This document shows positions 9,673-19,410 of a stretch of DNA of 59,160 nt, in pieces. This stretch comes from a virus. Taxonomy: Duplodnaviria; Caudoviricetes. Position 1 is the stretch's first letter. Each line of letters begins with the position of its first letter. The notes under the pieces are model-generated. The model saw only the letters and a program-made list of their open reading frames with translations, was not told the origin of the DNA and did no database searches. The DNA is taken from positions 1 through 59,160 of IMG/VR virus record IMGVR_UViG_3300042516_004109, one strand, 5' to 3'. Made by a program: the position numbers and the translations under genes.

Positions 9673-11370
9673 ATGCCAGGAGCAAAAAAAAGTTTTATTG
9701 GACTTGAGGGATTTATCTGGTATATTGGCGTCGTTGAAGATCGCCAAGACCCAGAGCAACTTGGTCGTGTCCGCGTTCGCTGCTTTGGTTGGCATACGGA
9801 TGAAAAAAGTAAAATTCCAACAGAGCAATTACCTTGGGCGCATCCAGTAATTCCTGTTAACAGTCCAAATGCATATACACCGAAAGAGGGTGATATGGTT
9901 TTTGGGTTTTTTATCGATGGCGATAATGCACAGAACCCTGCAATCATGGGTGTGCTTCCAGGAAAGCCTGATGGCAAACCGAACTATACAAATGGATTTA
10001 GTGATCCAAGAACGAGTTTTGGGTCAGCACCAAATAAACCAGATGATCCTGCAGAAGCATATCCAAAGGGTAAGTATCTCAAAGAACAAACTACAAATCG
10101 TCTTGCTCGCGGCAAAGCAGATTCAACTGTAATTGCTACAAGAAAAAAGAATCTCAAGAAGAACATCGTTTCAGCAGGTGGAGTTTCTTGGAGCGAACCA
10201 CCTCCTGCGTTTGCGCCAAAGTATCCATATAACAATGCTCTTGAAACTGAATCGGGGCATGCATTAGAATTCGATGATACTCCAGGTCAAGAGCGTATTC
10301 AATTGGCTCATCGTAAAGGTTCGTTCATTGAAATTGATCGAGATGGTAACGAAGTACACAAAGTTGTAAAAGACAATTATGAACTTGTGATGGGTTCCGA
10401 CTATGTCTTTATCAGTGGTAAATGTTCTGTCACAGTTGGTGGAGATTGCAATCTAAAGGTTGGCGGTAATATGAATGTAGAAGTTGCTGGTGGCATTAAT
10501 ATGTCAGCTGGTGGCGATATTCGTATGAAAGGCAAGAGTGTGTTTGTAGAATCAACTGCAACTATGGATTTGAAATCTGGATCTACAACGAGCATCCAAT
10601 CTTCAGGTAAATCAAGCATCAAGGGCAGTCAAGTTGCTCTAAGTGGCAGCAGTGTAGAGGTAGACGGAACTCTCAACGTTAAGTCTGGAACTAACTTGAA
10701 GGCAACTGGTGCAGATTCACGAGGCGATTCTCATAATCTAAGCGTTTCTGGTTCTGGTGCTTCTTCTGCATCGAGTGCCGCTGGTGCTGGTCTTTCTGCG
10801 GGAGGAATGGCTCCAGAAGTATCTGATCTTCAGGCTGCAACCGACGCAAATAAGGCTATTGAATCCTCAGTTAGTGCCGCTTCTTCAGTTGCGGCTGCGA
10901 CTTCTGCTGCAGCCGCTGCAATTACTTCTGCATCAGATTCTATAGTTTCTGTTGGATCAACAATTGGTAAATCTGTTGCAGGAATTACAGAAACTATCAA
11001 TAATGTATTCACCGATATAACTAAAAACGCAGACGTAATTATTAAAGATTTTAGCAGTAAATTGCCAATCGGAGAATTGACACAGAAGGTGCAAATCTTC
11101 GAAGGTGTTGTTAATATGAAGCGAGGTGAAATATTATCTCTCAAGGACGACTTGAGAAATGTAGTCATAGATAAAATCGGCAATATCGATGAACTATCTG
11201 CACTCAGAAATATTGAATTTAATGTAGATTCAGATCTACTACCACAGAAATTAACTGAAAAAATTCAAACGGTTCTTGGCAAGCGAATTTATCCTTTAAC
11301 AGAAAGCATCTCTGTAGTCGATCAACAAATAACAAATGAGATAGACAGAACGTTGAATAGATTGATCTAA
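9673..11370 (+). CDS. gp5: Baseplate central spike; no lysozyme domain; long C-terminal extension
   Basis: GVVEDRQDPEQLGRVRVRCFG OB-fold, YPYN..ETESGH..EFDDTPG.ERI, V.G beta-helix repeats. Confidence 0.92.
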   Translation: MPGAKKSFIGLEGFIWYIGVVEDRQDPEQLGRVRVRCFGWHTDEKSKIPTEQLPWAHPVIPVNSPNAYTPKEGDMVFGFFIDGDNAQNPAIMGVLPGKPDGKPNYTNGFSDPRTSFGSAPNKPDDPAEAYPKGKYLKEQTTNRLARGKADSTVIATRKKNLKKNIVSAGGVSWSEPPPAFAPKYPYNNALETESGHALEFDDTPGQERIQLAHRKGSFIEIDRDGNEVHKVVKDNYELVMGSDYVFISGKCSVTVGGDCNLKVGGNMNVEVAGGINMSAGGDIRMKGKSVFVESTATMDLKSGSTTSIQSSGKSSIKGSQVALSGSSVEVDGTLNVKSGTNLKATGADSRGDSHNLSVSGSGASSASSAAGAGLSAGGMAPEVSDLQAATDANKAIESSVSAASSVAAATSAAAAAITSASDSIVSVGSTIGKSVAGITETINNVFTDITKNADVIIKDFSSKLPIGELTQKVQIFEGVVNMKRGEILSLKDDLRNVVIDKIGNIDELSALRNIEFNVDSDLLPQKLTEKIQTVLGKRIYPLTESISVVDQQITNEIDRTLNRLI

Positions 11371-11377
11371 AATCGCT

Positions 11378-11385
11378 AATAAATA
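11378..11385 (+). promoter_or_regulatory. Late promoter
   Basis: AATAAATA in the gp5-gp25 gap. Confidence 0.6.
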
Positions 11386-11420
11386 ACATATAATTCTGCA
11401 CTCACGGAAACATCAAAATA

Positions 11421-11813
11421 ATGAGTTCGATCGTTCGAAAATTCTCTGATCTAGATCTTAATTTTTCAGCTCATCCTGTAACAAAAGATGTGATAAAAAA
11501 ATTAAATGATAATGCGATTGCAGGCTCAATTCGAAATCTATTGCTAACCTCGCATTATGAGCGTCTATTTAATCCAGAACTTGGATCAAATCTTAAAAAG
11601 ATGCTATTTGAACCAATCGATAATATCACTACCTCTATTATACAAGGAATGATACTTCAAACCATAAAAAATTATGAGCCACGAGTAACAATTCAAGATG
11701 TAATTGCAACACCAGATTATGATAACGATAGATACGACATTAAAATTGTATTTTTTGTAAACAATACTTTAGAGCCGATCACGGTCTCTTTTTTCCTAGA
11801 ACGGGTAAGATAA
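11421..11813 (+). CDS. gp25: Baseplate wedge subunit
   Basis: SDLDLNF, SIRNLLLT...ERLFNPELGS, NYEPRV. Confidence 0.93.
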   Translation: MSSIVRKFSDLDLNFSAHPVTKDVIKKLNDNAIAGSIRNLLLTSHYERLFNPELGSNLKKMLFEPIDNITTSIIQGMILQTIKNYEPRVTIQDVIATPDYDNDRYDIKIVFFVNNTLEPITVSFFLERVR

Positions 11814-11814
11814 C

Positions 11815-13884
11815 ATGGCAAATGTTGACTCAAAACTAAAAGTTGCAGAATTAGACTTCGAAGCAATCAAGTCTAATCTAAAAGGTTTCCTTAAATCTCA
11901 ATCAGAGTTCAGCGACTATAACTTTGAAGGTTCTGGTTTGTCAATTTTGCTTGATGTTCTTGCCTATAATACTCATTATATGGGCTATTATCTGAATATG
12001 GTCTCGAACGAGATGTTTATCGATACCGCAATCAAACGCGAATCAGTTGTTTCTCACGCAAAACTACTCGGATATGTTCCTCGTTCACGAGTTTCTCCTC
12101 GTGCATTGATTGATCTAGAAATTACTCCAGTTCAAAATGATTCAAATAGTGCGATTGCAATTCCACGATTTACTAAATTTGTTTCTGAAACTATCGACGG
12201 TCAAAATTTTATTTTTGTGAATCCTGCTACTAGAGTTGTCTCTAAAAATTTAAGTACTGGATTATTTGTTGTTGAGTCTCTAGAAATCAAAGAAGGTCAG
12301 CCAAACGGCATAACCTTCTCATATAATTCTCAAACTAATCCAAAGCAGATCTTTGAATTACCAGATATTGGCATTGATACATCAACACTTCAGATTAAAG
12401 TACAACGATCAGCTCAAAATGCTAATCAAGAAACTTATATACTCGCCGAAGATGCTACGAATGTAAACGAGGATGCTGCTGTTTATTATCTAGAAGAAAA
12501 TAAAAATGGAAAATATCAAATTTCTTTTGGTGACGATGTAATCGGTAAGGCATTAGTTGAAGGAAATATTGTTATTGTCTCATATTTGATTACATCTGGA
12601 ACACTAGCAAATAATTTGAAAGAATTTAGACCTCTAGATACTATTTTAAATGGAGCAACGGTTGTCACAACTCTAGTTAGTGCCTCTACTTCAGGCGCGG
12701 CAGCAGAAAATATCGAAAAAATTCGTTTTACTGCGCCAAAAGCATTTATTTCTCAAAATAGAGCAGTGACAAAAAACGATTACATTGCTATTATTAATCG
12801 TGAATATCCATATTTTGAAGCAGTTAATGTGTGGGGTGGTGAAGAGAATATTCCACCAGTTTATGGTAAGGTATTTTTCACTGCAAAACCACTTGGTGGC
12901 TATGAAATTACTACAACTGAGATTGAATTTGTAAAAAATTCTGTAATTAAGCCATATTCAGTGCTTACTGTTACACCTGAATATGTTGAAGCGGATTATA
13001 ATTACCTTAATCTTGATGTCGAAGTCAATTTTGATCCGACAAAAACAGATAAAACGGCTGGTGAGATTGATGCTGCAGTAATTTCAGCGATTAGATCGTA
13101 TGCAAGCACTAATCTAAACAAATTTAACTCTTCATTTAGAGTTTCACAGCTGTCAAGAGCAATAGATGACGCTGATCCATCAATTATAAGCAATGATGTG
13201 AAGGTGTATCTAGAAAAACGATTTGCTCCAGATGTGAATCGCACATTAAGTTATACTCTTAACTTTGGAACTGAATTAAAACAAGGCACAACAACCGAAA
13301 GAATTCTTTCAGCTCCATCATTTAAGTATAATGATGATTCTGGAATTGTAAGAGACTGTTTTATCGAAGAAGTTTTGCAATCATTTACTGGAGTAGAATC
13401 AATTGATGTTGTAACTGGTGGAAGTGGTTATGTTTCTACACCAACAGTTGTAATCAATGGTGATGGCACTGGTGCTTCTGCGAGAGCATTGATTGTAAAT
13501 GGTGCTGTAAAACGAATTGAGATTACTAATCCTGGAACTGGATATACCTCTGCAACCGTTTCAATTAGCGGTGGTGGTGGTTCGGGTGCAATCATCAAAG
13601 CAAGTCTTGAAGGTCGTGTTGGTCGTTTAAAAATCTATTACTTTGACACTCAAAATGTAAAGAAAACATTAAATGATAATATCGGATCTGTTGATTATAA
13701 TAGCGGAGTTGTAACTTTAAATAGTTTTGCGCCAGTAGAGATCTCTGATGCGTTTGGAACATTAGTCCTAAAAGCAATTCCTACAAAAAGAGTATTTTCT
13801 TCAATTAGAAATAGACTTACTGTTTTAGATATAACTGATCCAGCTTCAATTGTAACAAAAATTAACGCTGTGGTAGAGTCATAA
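11815..13884 (+). CDS. gp6: Baseplate wedge subunit
   Basis: LDFEAIKSNL, DYNFEGSGLS.LLDVLAYNTHY, QNRAVT..DY, WGGEEN.PP.YGKVF. Confidence 0.95.
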   Translation: MANVDSKLKVAELDFEAIKSNLKGFLKSQSEFSDYNFEGSGLSILLDVLAYNTHYMGYYLNMVSNEMFIDTAIKRESVVSHAKLLGYVPRSRVSPRALIDLEITPVQNDSNSAIAIPRFTKFVSETIDGQNFIFVNPATRVVSKNLSTGLFVVESLEIKEGQPNGITFSYNSQTNPKQIFELPDIGIDTSTLQIKVQRSAQNANQETYILAEDATNVNEDAAVYYLEENKNGKYQISFGDDVIGKALVEGNIVIVSYLITSGTLANNLKEFRPLDTILNGATVVTTLVSASTSGAAAENIEKIRFTAPKAFISQNRAVTKNDYIAIINREYPYFEAVNVWGGEENIPPVYGKVFFTAKPLGGYEITTTEIEFVKNSVIKPYSVLTVTPEYVEADYNYLNLDVEVNFDPTKTDKTAGEIDAAVISAIRSYASTNLNKFNSSFRVSQLSRAIDDADPSIISNDVKVYLEKRFAPDVNRTLSYTLNFGTELKQGTTTERILSAPSFKYNDDSGIVRDCFIEEVLQSFTGVESIDVVTGGSGYVSTPTVVINGDGTGASARALIVNGAVKRIEITNPGTGYTSATVSISGGGGSGAIIKASLEGRVGRLKIYYFDTQNVKKTLNDNIGSVDYNSGVVTLNSFAPVEISDAFGTLVLKAIPTKRVFSSIRNRLTVLDITDPASIVTKINAVVES

Positions 13885-13885
13885 T

Positions 13886-16800
13886 ATGACTGCAACTTCG
13901 AAAACAATATCTTCATTAATTAAGTCTCAAGTTCCAGACTTTATTAATGCTGAACACCCAAAATTTAAGAGATTCTTAGAGCTGTACTACACTTGGCTTG
14001 AGAATAATTCAGCCAATGGAATCTCCAATACCGCTGGTAATACAATTTATCATGCAATGGGCATAGAAAATTATAGAGATATTGATCAAACACCACCAGA
14101 ATTTATAAAGTATTTTAAGCAAGAATTGCTTCCACATTTTCCAGAAAATACTGCTCTCAGCACAGAAAAGATTCTAAAAAGCGCAAGAGAATTTTATAAT
14201 AAAAAGGGAACTGATGAGTCAGTTCGTTGGTTATTTAAAGCATTATTTGACGAAGATATTGAGATAACATTCCCAAAAGAATCGATCTTAAAAACATCAG
14301 ATGGTAAGTGGATAAAACCAAAAGCATTTCGAATTAATATTTCGGAGTCTAATAAAAATCTAGATGTAAATCTTCTTGAGAAACGATTGATTCGAGGAGT
14401 TGAATCTGGCGCGACTTGTATTGTTGAATCTGCAAATAGAAATATTGATCCAACAAATGGTCGTGAGATCATGGAGATCTACATTTCTAATATCAAGCAA
14501 AATTTTAATAATGGAGAATTCATTGAAATTGATTACTTAGATGGAAATGGTATTGCAAGGGTATTCAGTGAACAAATTATTGGTACTCTCTCAAACATTC
14601 GACTCGATTCAAATATTCGTTCAGACCCACAACAGCGACGCCGTGGATTATTATATAATGTTGGTGATCCAGTTGTGGTTACTGGTGGTCTTAGAAATTC
14701 TGCAGAAGCAGATGATGCTATAGCAATTGTTGGTAATGTTACACTTGGTTCTATCGAAGCAGTATTAAGAATTTTCCCTGGATATGGATATCGTCTTCAC
14801 TCAAATACAGAAACAATTGTCTTCAGAAGTATTGGTGATGATCCAAATTCAAATCTTTCTACTGATTTGCGCGTTTTAGCATTAAATTTAACTGCGTGTA
14901 CATCAAACAGCCAGCGTAATTTCATAGAATCTATCACTTATGATAAATCAGTTATTGATTACTTATCTGATACCGTTATTGGAGATGCTAATCTTGCAGC
15001 ATTTACAACGAATAACATAAATTCGTTGATCAATGTCACTGAAAATGATAAAGATGATCCATATGATAACTTTGAGGAAATTTGGGCAAATGGCACTAAC
15101 TTTTTTGATGCATTGTTTACTGCTAAAATAGCAACACCAAATAACGCTATATTTGGTGTTGGCGGAGTTAGTGCAAATACTGGTAATTTATTTGTTTATG
15201 ATGTTTCGAACACTGGACCACTTGCAACAGTATTAACTGGTGCTCAAATAAACACGAAAAATACCACTAAATCTTTTATATTTAATAGTGTGACAAATGC
15301 AAGTGTTCCTGCAAATGCAAATAGTTTGATTATTCAGTGTTTAGATTTTGAAACTGTAAATACAGGTGGTGTTGCTCTTGTATCTGTGCTAGATGGTGGT
15401 GCAGGATTTAGAACAGAACCATCGATTCAGATTACATCTCATTATGATACACATTTATCTGAGCAATATAATTATGAAACGCAAAAATCATTAAAGAAAA
15501 CATATTGGCAAACATTTAAAGACCTTGGTTTAATTGCACATGTTTCCATTGAGAATGGTGGTAGTGGATATGTTATTGGAGATGGATTGCGATTTACTGG
15601 TCGTGGATATGATGCTAATGGATATGTTCAAACTGTTGGTGCAAATGGAGCAATCACATCAGTAATATTAGATAATAGAGGTGAGGGTTATTATGCACGA
15701 CCATCAATCGCCGTTCAATCTAGCGGTGGTTCTGGTGCAGTTTTCACTGGTTATTTGTTTGGTGATGGTGAAGAGCACTCTATTGAAACAAGTGCTCTTG
15801 GTCGCATTAGAGACATTCGTTTAGTTTATCGCGGATTTGACTATGTTAATACTCCAAATGTTTCATTAAAAGTTGTAGACACAGTAATCAATCCAGTTCC
15901 AGAAGCCAATACATTTACAGAAAATGAATTTATTTTTCAAGGGGCATCACTTGCTGCTTCAACTTTCCGCGCTAATGTGAAATCATATAATGCTACTTCG
16001 GGAGTATTACGACTTTTCAACTTCTCTGGCGCGATAAACAATACAATAGATTTGATCACATCAAGTGGTGTTTTTTGTAATGTAAACACATCTGCGAATG
16101 TTCCCGCTCCCGCTCAATATACATCATCTATTATCGATATTGGATTACCAAATCCAATGTACTACGGTAATGGTCGAGCAAAAGCCAATGCTCTATTTGC
16201 TAATGGACTAATCGAGTTTAATGGATTTTTCTTAAACACAGACGGATTCTTAAGTGCAGATAAAGTTCTGCAAGATGATACTATCTATCACAATTTCTCA
16301 TATATTGTACGATCAGATAAAAATCTTGTTGATTTTGAAACACCAATTAAAAATATTGTTCATCCGTCTGGTCTAGAATTAATTTCCAAGACTATGATTC
16401 GATCGGAAGAACAAGTCGATATTCCAGTGTTTGCAAATGTCGATTTAATCATGCCTGGAAATGGAACATCAAATGTACAGGTATCTAATTCGTACTCAAA
16501 CATAGTTACTGGGAATTCAACATTGTTCTTACCAAATGTTGGAAGTATTGATTATTCGAATACACGAGTAAATGTGGGTGATTTATTGATCATCGCTGAT
16601 TCTACAAGATTGCCTATCTCTAAAATTGTATCAAATGTTACAAGTAACACTCAACTTGAGGTTTTTGGTGATTTTATTTACGCTGGACAGGGATTAGTCA
16701 AGAGCAATGTTCAATTTACTAATCTTACAGGGACTGTAAGTACAACCAACAGTAACAATGTGATTGTTGGTATAGGAACTACGTTTAACACACAATTAAT

Positions 16801-17392
16801 TGCAAATAATATAATTAAAGTTAATAATGAAACAAGAGAAGTCATTACTGTTACAAATGCGTTACATTTAATTGTAAACGCAAATTTAAACTTTACCTCC
16901 TCTGGAAATACACTACAAAAACTTGCAAATACAACACTCGTTGTCTATGGTAATACAAATGGTGTATATGAGATGGTGCAGGCAGGAGACAATGTTTCAT
17001 TTAATATTGCAGCAGCCAATGTAATGGGTGCTCAAACTGGAACTGTACAAGTATTTACGACAAATACTCAAGTTATTGGATCATCTACTGCGTTTTTAAC
17101 TCAACTTAAAGCCAATGATGTTGTAATGATTAATGGTCAGTTAAAACAAGTAATAAATATCGCTAATAACACAATGATGAATGTCAATTCTGCATCTATA
17201 TCTGCGCAATCGGGTATAATTTACTTTAAACAAGCAACCAGCCAAAATGCTAATGTTCTTTCTGTTTCTGGAAATAACATCTCATTGAATATTGCTTATA
17301 ATGCGAATGTATCAAATCTTGTGTATCTTGTTGTACCAAACCTAGCAATTGAGAATTACGAATATAAAGTCGTATCTCTTTCAGTATATTGA
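13886..17392 (+). CDS. gp7: Baseplate wedge initiator (gp7-like), enlarged
   Basis: Q.PDFI, FY.KKGT..S...LF..LF, LQD..IYHNFSY, HPSG; follows gp6. Confidence 0.75.
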   Translation: MTATSKTISSLIKSQVPDFINAEHPKFKRFLELYYTWLENNSANGISNTAGNTIYHAMGIENYRDIDQTPPEFIKYFKQELLPHFPENTALSTEKILKSAREFYNKKGTDESVRWLFKALFDEDIEITFPKESILKTSDGKWIKPKAFRINISESNKNLDVNLLEKRLIRGVESGATCIVESANRNIDPTNGREIMEIYISNIKQNFNNGEFIEIDYLDGNGIARVFSEQIIGTLSNIRLDSNIRSDPQQRRRGLLYNVGDPVVVTGGLRNSAEADDAIAIVGNVTLGSIEAVLRIFPGYGYRLHSNTETIVFRSIGDDPNSNLSTDLRVLALNLTACTSNSQRNFIESITYDKSVIDYLSDTVIGDANLAAFTTNNINSLINVTENDKDDPYDNFEEIWANGTNFFDALFTAKIATPNNAIFGVGGVSANTGNLFVYDVSNTGPLATVLTGAQINTKNTTKSFIFNSVTNASVPANANSLIIQCLDFETVNTGGVALVSVLDGGAGFRTEPSIQITSHYDTHLSEQYNYETQKSLKKTYWQTFKDLGLIAHVSIENGGSGYVIGDGLRFTGRGYDANGYVQTVGANGAITSVILDNRGEGYYARPSIAVQSSGGSGAVFTGYLFGDGEEHSIETSALGRIRDIRLVYRGFDYVNTPNVSLKVVDTVINPVPEANTFTENEFIFQGASLAASTFRANVKSYNATSGVLRLFNFSGAINNTIDLITSSGVFCNVNTSANVPAPAQYTSSIIDIGLPNPMYYGNGRAKANALFANGLIEFNGFFLNTDGFLSADKVLQDDTIYHNFSYIVRSDKNLVDFETPIKNIVHPSGLELISKTMIRSEEQVDIPVFANVDLIMPGNGTSNVQVSNSYSNIVTGNSTLFLPNVGSIDYSNTRVNVGDLLIIADSTRLPISKIVSNVTSNTQLEVFGDFIYAGQGLVKSNVQFTNLTGTVSTTNSNNVIVGIGTTFNTQLIANNIIKVNNETREVITVTNALHLIVNANLNFTSSGNTLQKLANTTLVVYGNTNGVYEMVQAGDNVSFNIAAANVMGAQTGTVQVFTTNTQVIGSSTAFLTQLKANDVVMINGQLKQVINIANNTMMNVNSASISAQSGIIYFKQATSQNANVLSVSGNNISLNIAYNANVSNLVYLVVPNLAIENYEYKVVSLSVY

Positions 17393-17399
17393 GGAATAA

Positions 17400-19400
17400 A
17401 TGAAATCTTTACTCACACCGCTATTCAGTAATTTTTTGATAAATGATATCAAAGATCATTTTGCTAATGATGCAAATACATTTATTTTTGTCGGTCGCTC
17501 GTTAAACTTTGGTTCTAACGCAGCAAATCTACCCGAAATTGTTTGGTCAACCAATGAACAAAATCAATTATATCGAGAAATAGTCGGTGCTAAAAAAATA
17601 CAAGCCTCAGACATACAACCAGTAGTTTCTAGAGTCGATTGGGCTGCAAATACAAAGTATGACTCATACGATAATAATGTTGAATTGACCTCATACATAG
17701 ATTTTTTCAATATCGGAACTGCAAATTCTAATTCAAATACAGTTCTATCTGGCACGGCAAATATTGCAGGATCCAATGTATTGATAGGAAATGGAACATC
17801 GTTTACAACATTCTTATTTCCTGGTGATCTAATCTCTGTTAATTCGTCAATCAAATCTGTTGTCTCTGTAACCAATAACGATCATTTAATTGTCAACAGC
17901 GCATTTGTAAATGTGAATACTGGTGCATCAATCACTAGAATTGCGAATGCTAGAATTGTAGTCGCAAATAGTGCGGCATTTGTTGGTAATGTTGAAACAG
18001 GTAATGTCATCGTAATCGGAGAAGACGCAAGAGAAGTTGTTGCTATATTAAGCAATAAAGTTATCTCATTAAATGCTAATTTAACATACTCCAATTCTAA
18101 TGTGACTGTTTCTAGAAAAGATAACACTTACCCATATACCGCAAATACCTTTTATGTTCGCAATACTCGTGATCAAATTTTTAAAGTTTTGTTCAATAAC
18201 AATTATGCAAACTCTACAATTGAACCAACGATTGATATTGATGGACAGTTACCAGAAAATCCATTTATTTTGACAGCTGATGGATATAAATGGAAATATT
18301 TGTATACTATTCCACCTGGATTAAAACAAAAGTTCTTTACAAATAAATGGATGCCTGTAGTAAGCGATCCTGCTGTAACAGTTGCATCTGTAGATGGTAG
18401 AATTGATATTATTAATGTTCTTTGGGGTGGTTCTGGATTCATCAGCGGAGGTAATAGTAACATTGCTTCGATATTATCGATAACTGGTACAGACGGCGTC
18501 GGTGCAAATCTAGTCGCTAAAGTTGTTGATGGTAGTATCGAAAGTGTATCTATTTTAAATGGTGGAAATAGTTATACTCGAGGCACTGTAACTGTTAATG
18601 ATAACAGTCGTCTTGGTGCGAATACTCTCCTAGGAACCGTAAATGTTACTGGAACAACAGTAAGTAGTAATCTCTCAAATCTTTCATATTTTGTTGGAAA
18701 TGTGAGAACGAACGATATCATCACAGTTAATGGGCAATCTAGAAATGTTGTTACAGTGGTAAACTCGACTTTCTTAACAGTTAATACTGGATTTAGTGAT
18801 GCAAATACTCAAGTTGCGATTATAACTCGATCAAATCCTGTATTCGATCTACAAATCGGACCGCATAGAGGTCATGGGTCAGAACCAATAATCGAACTTC
18901 GTACACACAGTTTAATGATAACTGTAGAGTTAAATGATACGGAAAACGAAACAATTCCGATGAGTGATTCTACAAATTTATTCGATTTTAATCGTGTGGG
19001 CATTCTGCAAGATCCATTAACAGCGAATGGTGTAGTTTTTGCAAATGCGACAAATTATAGACTATCAACTCGATTATTGGTTAGCGATCCAGGAATAACC
19101 AATTTCACAAACGATGAGACGGTCTATACTGGTACTTCAATCGAAAATGCAAATGCTGTAGCAAATGTTGTACATTGGTCTCCAGGTGATAATTATTTGT
19201 ACATAAATAACATTACTGGACGATTGACAGGGTCGCAGATTATCAAGGGTTTAACTTCTGGTGTAACAGTACCGATCCTTGAGATTGCAAACTCTGAGAT
19301 TAAAACCTTTAGTGGTGATATAATTTATGCTGAAAATAGAACAAATATTGTTCGAAAAGATAACCAAATCGATCAAGTTAAGATCGTACTTTCATTCTAG
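17400..19400 (+). CDS. gp8: Baseplate wedge subunit with inserted repeat modules
   Basis: RVDW, DGYKWKYLYTI, GHGS.P..EL, ENR..I.R...Q.DQVKIVLSF. Confidence 0.85.
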   Translation: MKSLLTPLFSNFLINDIKDHFANDANTFIFVGRSLNFGSNAANLPEIVWSTNEQNQLYREIVGAKKIQASDIQPVVSRVDWAANTKYDSYDNNVELTSYIDFFNIGTANSNSNTVLSGTANIAGSNVLIGNGTSFTTFLFPGDLISVNSSIKSVVSVTNNDHLIVNSAFVNVNTGASITRIANARIVVANSAAFVGNVETGNVIVIGEDAREVVAILSNKVISLNANLTYSNSNVTVSRKDNTYPYTANTFYVRNTRDQIFKVLFNNNYANSTIEPTIDIDGQLPENPFILTADGYKWKYLYTIPPGLKQKFFTNKWMPVVSDPAVTVASVDGRIDIINVLWGGSGFISGGNSNIASILSITGTDGVGANLVAKVVDGSIESVSILNGGNSYTRGTVTVNDNSRLGANTLLGTVNVTGTTVSSNLSNLSYFVGNVRTNDIITVNGQSRNVVTVVNSTFLTVNTGFSDANTQVAIITRSNPVFDLQIGPHRGHGSEPIIELRTHSLMITVELNDTENETIPMSDSTNLFDFNRVGILQDPLTANGVVFANATNYRLSTRLLVSDPGITNFTNDETVYTGTSIENANAVANVVHWSPGDNYLYINNITGRLTGSQIIKGLTSGVTVPILEIANSEIKTFSGDIIYAENRTNIVRKDNQIDQVKIVLSF

Positions 19401-19410
19401 GTAAAAATCT

